Shown: positions 57,810 to 64,000 of the stretch, in pieces
How the letters are laid out: every line of letters starts with the position of its first letter
Numbering within the stretch: the stretch's first letter is position 1
Source: an uncultured Dehalococcoidia bacterium
GTDB taxonomy: Bacteria; Chloroflexota; Dehalococcoidia; UBA2247; RBG-13-53-26
Assembly (NCBI GenBank): GCA_964475375.1
Contig: CAYYWI010000003.1
Location: 1,719-65,718 of the forward strand
Length of the DNA: 64,000 nucleotides
Reading direction: 5' to 3'
The notes under the pieces: model-generated
What the model was told of the DNA's origin: nothing
The model's database searches: none
Seen by the model: the letters and a program-made list of their open reading frames with translations, nothing else
Translations under genes and position numbers: made by a program

Positions 57810-57904
57810 GTTCCATGCATCGGACGCGCATCGGCGAAATGGGTGCCACGTAGCCAACAGACTGGCCGACAGCAGCGAATGATGCGCTTTGTGCAGAGGC
57901 ACAG

Positions 57905-57931
57905 GGAGGGGGTTACAACCTAACCCCCTCC
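57905..57931. terminator. 10-bp GC-rich hairpin GGAGGGGGTT-N7-AACCCCCTCC downstream of the secreted-protein pair (no T-run)
   Basis: Seen in sequence; contains the GGGGGTT core shared with family A. Confidence 0.35.
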
Positions 57932-58109
57932 GCATCTTGACTTCGCATGTGCCGAATCGCAGTCGCAAACGGTTGAGTAACAGAACCACGTGGCCCGATG
58001 TAACGCAAGCCCCGCAATCTTGATTCAGTCCATTAATGACTCACGCACATGTCGTCTCTACGCTCAATACCCGTCGGAATAGTATATAGTATTCGGAAGG
58101 AGTTCTGAT

Positions 58110-58502
58110 ATGCAGCCGTCGGTTTCCTCCCCAAGCGAGATCAGTCGGATGATTGAGATCGGTTTCACGGCATTCTCGGTTGTGTGCCTCCTACTCGCAG
58201 GCTCCACTGGGGTTCTGCTGACTAGAAGTGACGAGTTCATTCGGCGCCACTCCCTCGCAGTGGCATCCTATGGAGTACTGAGTCTCCTGCTTGGTGCTGC
58301 AGTCCTTGCATACAATCTGCTGGTCTTCGTATCCCCCCCTGAGCAGATATTGGAAGAGCCTGTCAACTGGATGCCAAAGGATAACCTGGGGTTCTTCTTC
58401 TTCACTTGCCTTGCACTGTTGGCTATCGCGTTGGGAATCGCTCTGTTCGCGAGGGTACGCCGTGCACGTCGCCGCCAGAGCGATGATGATGTACCGACAT
58501 AG
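58110..58502 (+). CDS. hypothetical membrane protein
   Basis: Three TM helices and a basic C-terminus (RVRRARRRQ). Confidence 0.45.
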   Translation: MQPSVSSPSEISRMIEIGFTAFSVVCLLLAGSTGVLLTRSDEFIRRHSLAVASYGVLSLLLGAAVLAYNLLVFVSPPEQILEEPVNWMPKDNLGFFFFTCLALLAIALGIALFARVRRARRRQSDDDVPT

Positions 58503-58635
58503 GCTACACAGCAGGCGTTTGATATCAATCCCTTTCTTCTGATATCCTTTTTGTTGCTCGCCCGAGAACGAGCTGATCAGGCTACTGTGAGAATGATTCG
58601 CTGACTACAACGGTGTTGTAGAGACTGGGGGCAAC

Positions 58636-59763
58636 TTGGATCTAGAGCTTTCCGAAGACCAGAAAATGCTGCGCAAGACGGCCCGGGACTTCCTGGTGAA
58701 TGAGTGCACCAAGGCTTTCGTCCGGGAGATGGAACGGGACGAGAAGGGTTACTCGCCGGAACTGTGGCGGAAGATGGCCGACCTGGGGTGGATGGGACTC
58801 CCGTTCCCTGAGCAATACGGCGGCTGGGGCGGGAGCTTCCTGGACCTCGTGGTGCTGATGGAAGAGATGGGACGGGCCTGCCTGCCGGGTCCCTTCATGT
58901 CCAGCGTCGTGCTGAGCGGCCTGACCATCCTCAAGACCGGCAGTGAAGCCCAGAAGCAGCAATATCTGCCGGCTATAGCCCAGGGAGACATTCTTACCCT
59001 GGCGCTCACTGAGCCGAACGGCGGCTATGATGCCGCTTCCATTCATACGAAAGCCACGGCGTATGGCGATGAGTTCGTCATCACCGGAACCAAGTTCTAT
59101 GTCCCCGATGCCCAGATTGCCAGCCACATGCTGGTGCTGGCCAGAACGAAAGATGGTGCCAGGGAAGACGGCCTGACCTTGTTCATAGTCGATGCCAGGA
59201 GCCCCGGCATCAAGTACACACCACTCAAGACCATAGGCAGCGACAAGCAGCACGAGGTTGTCTTCGACAACGTCAAGGTGCCAAAGACCAACCTGGTAGG
59301 ACAACTCAACCATGGCTGGCATGCTGCACAGAGGGCGCTTCAGTTGGCGGCAGTGGCCAAGTGCGCCGAGATGGTAGGGGCAGCCCAGCAGGTCCTGGAA
59401 ATGACGACAGCCTATGCCAAGGAGAGGATACAGTTCGACAAGCCCATCGGCAGCTTCCAGGCTATCCAGCATCACTGCGCCAATATGCTGATCGATATCG
59501 ACGGCATGAGAATGTTGACCTATGAGGCGGCCTGGCTGCTGAGTATGGGCCTCCCGGCGGACAAAGAGGTCGCCATGGCCAAGGCCTGGGTCAGCGATGC
59601 CGTCGTCCGGGTGGCCAAGCTGGGTCATCAGGTGCACGGCGGCGTCGGCTATACCATTGACCATGACCTTCAGCTATACTATCGGCGTGGGAGAGCGGCC
59701 CAGTTCCTGTTCGGCGATGCTAACTACCATCGGGAGACGGTAGCTTCGAAGCTGGGCCTCTAG
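58636..59763 (+). CDS. acyl-CoA dehydrogenase
   Basis: ACAD N-terminal, middle and C-terminal domains (YGGWGGSFLD...; C-terminal catalytic-base region). TTG start, or ATG at 58666. Confidence 0.88.
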   Translation: MDLELSEDQKMLRKTARDFLVNECTKAFVREMERDEKGYSPELWRKMADLGWMGLPFPEQYGGWGGSFLDLVVLMEEMGRACLPGPFMSSVVLSGLTILKTGSEAQKQQYLPAIAQGDILTLALTEPNGGYDAASIHTKATAYGDEFVITGTKFYVPDAQIASHMLVLARTKDGAREDGLTLFIVDARSPGIKYTPLKTIGSDKQHEVVFDNVKVPKTNLVGQLNHGWHAAQRALQLAAVAKCAEMVGAAQQVLEMTTAYAKERIQFDKPIGSFQAIQHHCANMLIDIDGMRMLTYEAAWLLSMGLPADKEVAMAKAWVSDAVVRVAKLGHQVHGGVGYTIDHDLQLYYRRGRAAQFLFGDANYHRETVASKLGL

Positions 59764-59772
59764 CGGGGTGAA

Positions 59773-60123
59773 ATGCAGAAGTGCATCTTCTGTGACATCG
59801 TGACCGGCAAGATACCGGCAACAATCCTCTACCAGGATGATCAGGCTATTGCGTTCAGAGACATCCATCCCCAGGCACCGACACATGTACTGGTGATTCC
59901 CAAAGAGCACGTGCCAACGGTAGCCGAGCTCAGCAGCCAGCACAAAGAACTGGCAGCTCACCTGATTTTCGTGGGCCACGAAGTGGCCAGACGTGAAGGG
60001 CTGACAAAGGCGGAAAAAGGGTACCGCCTGGTAATAAACTACGGGCGCGAAGGCGGTCAGGAAGTGCAGCACGTTCACCTTCACGTCATTGGCGGTCGAC
60101 CTCTGAACGGGACCATGGGTTAG
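59773..60123 (+). CDS. HIT-family (histidine triad) protein
   Basis: CIFCDI N-terminus and HVHLHVIGG histidine triad. Confidence 0.9.
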   Translation: MQKCIFCDIVTGKIPATILYQDDQAIAFRDIHPQAPTHVLVIPKEHVPTVAELSSQHKELAAHLIFVGHEVARREGLTKAEKGYRLVINYGREGGQEVQHVHLHVIGGRPLNGTMG

Positions 60124-60142
60124 CTGTGCTGACGAAGCCCTC

Positions 60143-60182
60143 TATGAGCCATCAGCTATCAGCTCATGGCTCATAGTCTCAG
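60143..60182 (+). repeat. Family C module, full copy: inverted repeat TATGAGCCAT-N13-ATGGCTCATA followed by GTCTCAGA
   Basis: 10-bp perfect inverted repeat seen in sequence; the inner part GAGCT/AGCTC is also palindromic. Confidence 0.65.
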
Positions 60183-60183
60183 A

Positions 60184-60203
60184 GTGGGGCGGGGGTTGAA
60201 TAG
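60184..60203 (+). repeat. Family A motif (GTGGGGCGGGGGTTGAATAG) in the pyrF leader
   Basis: Seen in sequence, 7 nt before ATG 60210. Confidence 0.6.
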
Positions 60204-60209
60204 GAACAG

Positions 60210-61028
60210 ATGACATTCAACGCTAAGCTCATCCAGGCAGCCCGGAAGAACAAGAGCCTCGTTTGCCTCGGTTTGGACCCCGACCCTCAGTTAATGCCCA
60301 AGATGGGTATCTTCGAGTTCAACAAAGCCATCATCGATGCCACCTCCGACCTGGTCTGCGCCTATAAGCCCAACCTGGCCTTCTATGAGGCCCTGGGCAT
60401 CGACGGGCTGGCGGCCCTGCAGAAGACAGTGGAACACATCGCCGGGAAGGTGCCGGTCATCGGCGATGCCAAGCGCGGCGACATCGGCAACACGGCCAAA
60501 GCCTACGCCAGGTCGCTCTTCGAGGTCTTCGGTTTTGACGCCGCCACGGTCAACCCCTACCTGGGCTTCGACTCGATAGAACCCTTCCTCGCCTACAAGG
60601 ACAAGGCTGCGTTCGTCCTCTGCCGCACTTCCAACCCCGGCGGCGCCGACTTCCAGGATCTGGCCTGTTCATCAGCCAAGGCAGGCGACAGACAGCCGCT
60701 CTACAAGTTCGTGGCTCAGAAGGCACGCGAATGGAACAAGGCGGACAACGTCGGTCTGGTAGTAGGAGCCACCTATCCCGAAGAACTACAGGAGGTGAGG
60801 CGGCTCTGTCCGAACATGACGCTGCTGATTCCAGGGATCGGAGCGCAAGGGGGCAGCCTGGATCTCGCCGTCAAATACGGGGTAGATACCCAGGGCAAGG
60901 GGGCTTTGTTCGCCAGTTCCAGACAGATCCTCTATGCGGCGTCGCGGGGCAGTGACTTCGACAAAGCGGCCAGAGAAGCTGCCGACAAGATGCGCCGGCA
61001 GATCAACCAGATACTCTCCTCCGGTTGA
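60210..61028 (+). CDS. pyrF: orotidine 5'-phosphate decarboxylase (type 2, long form)
   Basis: LVCLGLDPD...KRGDIGNT motifs of type 2 OMP decarboxylase. Confidence 0.88.
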   Translation: MTFNAKLIQAARKNKSLVCLGLDPDPQLMPKMGIFEFNKAIIDATSDLVCAYKPNLAFYEALGIDGLAALQKTVEHIAGKVPVIGDAKRGDIGNTAKAYARSLFEVFGFDAATVNPYLGFDSIEPFLAYKDKAAFVLCRTSNPGGADFQDLACSSAKAGDRQPLYKFVAQKAREWNKADNVGLVVGATYPEELQEVRRLCPNMTLLIPGIGAQGGSLDLAVKYGVDTQGKGALFASSRQILYAASRGSDFDKAAREAADKMRRQINQILSSG

Positions 61029-61261
61029 TATTGCGCACCATCCATCCAGGCGATATACTGCACTTAAAGCTGCGTCCTTTGCGGCTGATGACTGGAGGTT
61101 GTGGGGCTTCGGGGTGGAAACCATCAAGTATCTGAACTGCCACACCGTTTGATTGAGAGAGCCGTTCTGCGAGGCGGTTGAAGGGTCCCACTGATCAGAA
61201 CCAGCAATCGAAGCTGAGCCTTTCAGTTCTGAAATGTGATCGATCTGTTGGAGAGGGGGTG

Positions 61262-61525
61262 ATGCAAATGGCTACAGAGGTAGAAGTAGGATTGGTGACC
61301 GATTTCTTCGCTCGGCCGGTAGTCGCCGGAGTCAACCTGACCGCAGACCTCAGGGCAGGTGAGAAGATCCACATCAAGGGCCACACCACGGATCTGGAAA
61401 TGGTAGTGGAATCGATGCAGATTCACAATGCCAACGTGGGGGAGGCCAAACCGGGAGACTCCATAGGCGTGAAAGTCCCTGATCGCGTGCGGCGAGGCGA
61501 CAAGGTCTACAAGGTTGTTGAGTAG
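61262..61525 (+). CDS. small hypothetical protein, possible beta-barrel (EF-Tu domain-2-like / PRC-like)
   Basis: SD GGAGAGGGGG before ATG 61262. GEKIHIKG...GDSIGVKV...GDKVY pattern. The function is not recognised. Confidence 0.4.
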   Translation: MQMATEVEVGLVTDFFARPVVAGVNLTADLRAGEKIHIKGHTTDLEMVVESMQIHNANVGEAKPGDSIGVKVPDRVRRGDKVYKVVE

Positions 61526-61529
61526 GTTG

Positions 61530-62006
61530 CTACGGCCCTATGGACTTGAGCAGGTTGGCCATCTCGATGGCGCTCATTGCAGCCTTGGCACCCATGTTGC
61601 CTTCCTTTACGCCCGCTCGTTCGATGGCCTGCTCCAGGGTATCGGCCGTGATTATCCCGAAGATCACGGGCACGCCGGTATCGAGCGATACTTTGGCGAC
61701 GCCCTTGCTAGCTTCGGCAGCAACATAATCGAAATGGGGCGTGCCTCCCCTGATGATAGCGCCAAGACAGATGACGGCACTGTACTTCTTCAACCCGGCC
61801 ATCTTCTGGGCGATCAGCGGTATTTCAAAGGATCCGGGCACCCAGGCGATATCGATATCTGCTTCCTTGGCTCCGTGGCGGAGTAACGCATCCTGAGCAC
61901 CCGCGAGTAGCCTGGAGGATATGAACTCGTTAAATCGTGACACGACCACTACGAACTTGTGCCCCTCGGCCAGCAGTGATCCTTCATAAGTCTTTTTCGC
62001 CATCAC
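61530..62006 (-). CDS. ribH: 6,7-dimethyl-8-ribityllumazine synthase
   Basis: [10 protein letters not shown]...[10 protein letters not shown] lumazine synthase motifs. Confidence 0.93.
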   Translation of the reverse strand: MMAKKTYEGSLLAEGHKFVVVVSRFNEFISSRLLAGAQDALLRHGAKEADIDIAWVPGSFEIPLIAQKMAGLKKYSAVICLGAIIRGGTPHFDYVAAEASKGVAKVSLDTGVPVIFGIITADTLEQAIERAGVKEGNMGAKAAMSAIEMANLLKSIGP

Positions 62007-62012
62007 TCCCTC

Positions 62013-63221
62013 CTAGTCTTTGTTGGGCACAAAATGGTGCCCCAGCTTTGCGCCCTTCGTCTTGAGATAAGAAGCATTATACGAGTTTGGCGGGGCCACA
62101 ATAGGCACCGTCTCTGTCACCTTGAGACCGTGCCCTTCCAGGCCCACAACCTTCCTGGGGTTGTTGGTCAAAAGACGAATGCGCTCCAGACCGATATCAG
62201 CCAGAATCTGAGCTCCGATACCGTAGTCTCTCAGGTCCGCGGCAAATCCCAGCAGCTCATTGGCCTCGACCGTGTCCATTCCCTGATCCTGCAGGGCATA
62301 AGCCCGCAGTTTGTTGTGAAGGCCGATGCCGCGACCTTCCTGCCTCATGTAGAGAAGCACCCCCTTCCCCTCCTTGACTATGGCCTGCATCGCCATGGCC
62401 AGTTGCTGACCGCAATCGCAACGCAGGCTGCCGAAGACGTCGCCGGTAAGGCACTCACTATGCACCCGCACCAGCACCGGATCTCCGGCTGCCACATCTC
62501 CCAGCACCAGAGCAACATGTTCATCAGGATCGACAGTGCTTCTATAAGCTATGATGGTAAACTCACCGAACTTGGTGGGCAGCTTGGCTTCCGCCACACG
62601 GTTGACCAGTTTCTCATGACGGCGGCGATACGTGATCAGGTCGGCCACGCTGACCATCTTCATCTTGTACTTGGCCGCCATTTCCTCCAACTGGGGCAGG
62701 CGGGCCATAGAGCCATCCTCATTCATGATCTCGCAGATCACGCCTGCCGGGTAGAGCCCGGCAAGTCTGGCCAGATCGACCGAAGCTTCCGTATGCCCGG
62801 CGCGCACCAGGACCCCCCCCGGCCTGGCCTTGATCGGAAAAACGTGACCGGGCCGCGCGATGTCTTCCGGCTTGGTGGCGGGGTTGATCACGGTCTTTAT
62901 GGTGGTGGCCCTGTCCTTAGCTGATATGCCGGTGGTCACGCCATGCTTGGCTTCAATGGAGATAGTGAATGCAGTGGAGAACCTGGCGGTATTATCCTGA
63001 ACCATCATGGGGATTCTGAGCTCTTCCAGCCGCTCGCCGATGACGGGCATACAAATCAACCCGCGAGCCTCTTTGGCCATGAAGTTGACAGCCTCAGGCG
63101 TCACTTTCTCAGCCGCTATAACCAGATCCCCCTCGTTCTCCCGGCCTTCGTCATCAACTATGATGATGATCTTGCCGGCCTTGATGTCTTCAATTGCCTC
63201 TGGGATAGTAGCCAATGCCAT
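62013..63221 (-). CDS. ribBA: bifunctional 3,4-dihydroxy-2-butanone-4-phosphate synthase / GTP cyclohydrolase II
   Basis: DHBP synthase N-terminal half and GCHII C-terminal half with the CxC...C zinc motif (CDCGQQ). Confidence 0.93.
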   Translation of the reverse strand: MALATIPEAIEDIKAGKIIIIVDDEGRENEGDLVIAAEKVTPEAVNFMAKEARGLICMPVIGERLEELRIPMMVQDNTARFSTAFTISIEAKHGVTTGISAKDRATTIKTVINPATKPEDIARPGHVFPIKARPGGVLVRAGHTEASVDLARLAGLYPAGVICEIMNEDGSMARLPQLEEMAAKYKMKMVSVADLITYRRRHEKLVNRVAEAKLPTKFGEFTIIAYRSTVDPDEHVALVLGDVAAGDPVLVRVHSECLTGDVFGSLRCDCGQQLAMAMQAIVKEGKGVLLYMRQEGRGIGLHNKLRAYALQDQGMDTVEANELLGFAADLRDYGIGAQILADIGLERIRLLTNNPRKVVGLEGHGLKVTETVPIVAPPNSYNASYLKTKGAKLGHHFVPNKD

Positions 63222-63239
63222 ATAAATCTTCTCCTCGGA

Positions 63240-63878
63240 TCAAGCACCGGGACTGGTGGCACTGAAACCATGCTCCGACAGAAAATCGAGAGTAACGCCA
63301 CCCCGGCTCTCTTTGAATTTCTCAACATACTTGGCGATGATGTCCACTTCCAAGTTTACGTGATCTCCCGCCTTCTTGCCACCAAGAACCGTGTTCTTTA
63401 GAGTATAGCCAACAAGCGAAACGCTGAAAGAGCTCTTGTCATATCCAACGACGGTGAGGCTGGCTCCATCAACAGCAATGAACCCTTTTTCCACCACATA
63501 CCGCAGGATTTCCGGAGGAGCAGCAAACCTGGCGACAACAGCTCCACCTTCCGGCACCAGCGAGATGACCGTGCCGGTGGCGTCCACATGCCCCTGAACC
63601 AGATGACCACCAACCCGCCCTCCCACCATCAGGGAGCGCTCCAGGTTCACGCTGGAGCCGGGGTGCAACCGACCAAGATTGGTACGCCGGAGCGTCTCAG
63701 GCATCACATCTACAGAAAAAGAAGAGCTGGTCATTGCGGTGATGGTAAGGCAGGCTCCATTGACGGCAATGCTGTCGCCAAGGCGAGTCCCATCCAGCAC
63801 GGTCGAAGCAGCGATAGTCAGCTTGCCTGAGCCGATCGACTTGACGATACCCACTTCCTCAACAATACCGGTGAACAA
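63240..63878 (-). CDS. ribE: riboflavin synthase
   Basis: MFTGIVEEVG... with the duplicated lumazine-binding repeat. TTG start after GGAGGA. Confidence 0.9.
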   Translation of the reverse strand: MFTGIVEEVGIVKSIGSGKLTIAASTVLDGTRLGDSIAVNGACLTITAMTSSSFSVDVMPETLRRTNLGRLHPGSSVNLERSLMVGGRVGGHLVQGHVDATGTVISLVPEGGAVVARFAAPPEILRYVVEKGFIAVDGASLTVVGYDKSSFSVSLVGYTLKNTVLGGKKAGDHVNLEVDIIAKYVEKFKESRGGVTLDFLSEHGFSATSPGA

Positions 63879-63931
63879 GATTTCCTCCAGTTGCTTATTA
63901 CCGCATCGGCCGAGCAGCGGTTCGGGGCGGG

Positions 63932-64000
63932 CTAGCGAGCGACATATCCACTGATCAGGACGTCGCTTCCCACAATCTCCGTTTTCACACGGGTGAAAGC
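63932..64000 (-). CDS. ribD: riboflavin biosynthesis deaminase/reductase RibD, 3' end (remainder outside the window)
   Basis: Reading from the window edge gives ...VGSDVLISGYVAR-stop; frame chosen by its C-terminal RibD-like pattern and the rib operon context. Confidence 0.45.
   Translation of the reverse strand, partial: AFTRVKTEIVGSDVLISGYVAR

Overview
This 64 kb window is chromosomal and GC-rich, with non-ATG (GTG/TTG) starts common. From the gene content and small-repeat style it looks like an anaerobic bacterium, possibly Chloroflexi-like, but the sequence alone does not decide the lineage. Most of it is dense housekeeping coding sequence. In order: a PIP-synthase-like CDP-alcohol phosphatidyltransferase (5' truncated), purA, ruvB, queH, a TauE/SafE permease, a split transketolase (N- and C-terminal halves as two genes), a divergent EF-G paralog, etfBA, a 1290-aa multidomain giant protein, aroH followed by a DAHP synthase, ribF, tyrS, a class V aminotransferase with serA, a LysE-family exporter, a second DAHP synthase paralog, an RDD protein, an orphan ORF, an ADP-forming acyl-CoA-synthetase-like CoA-binding protein, and a DUF2089 operon with a strong promoter. 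Then an aromatic/aryl-acid cluster (tungsten-type aldehyde:ferredoxin oxidoreductase, 4Fe-4S ferredoxin, ACT protein, phenylacetate-CoA ligase, indolepyruvate:ferredoxin oxidoreductase iorBA) next to a LivFGMHK-type branched-chain amino-acid ABC transporter; then nnr, coaX, coaBC, valS, an acyl-CoA carboxyltransferase, a class I fumarase/tartrate dehydratase alpha subunit, a BFN-domain nuclease, hisS, two adjacent secreted proteins of unknown function, an acyl-CoA dehydrogenase, a HIT protein, pyrF, and a ribH-ribBA-ribE-ribD(3' end) operon. No rRNA, tRNA, CRISPR array, transposase or integrase was found.

The main candidate for an undescribed system is the giant gene at 12836..16708 (-). Its predicted protein combines an N-terminal nitrilase-superfamily (C-N hydrolase, E-K-C triad) domain, a central STAND/NLR-like P-loop NTPase, and five near-identical 43-aa tandem repeats (129-bp DNA period), the bacterial NLR / Avs 'effector-NTPase-sensor' layout but with an unusual effector. 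It sits with a small membrane protein upstream of etfBA.

The second layer is a set of short GC-rich intergenic modules, labelled here as families A to D. Family B has a hairpin that is conserved in position but covaries in sequence. Modules A, C and D are combined in mosaic fashion in the 5' leaders of serA, fumA, pyrF and the aldehyde oxidoreductase gene. There are also two adjacent perfect palindromes (28 and 26 bp, both centred on GCATGC) in a 560-bp non-coding region that also carries a duplicated fragment of the ferredoxin gene.
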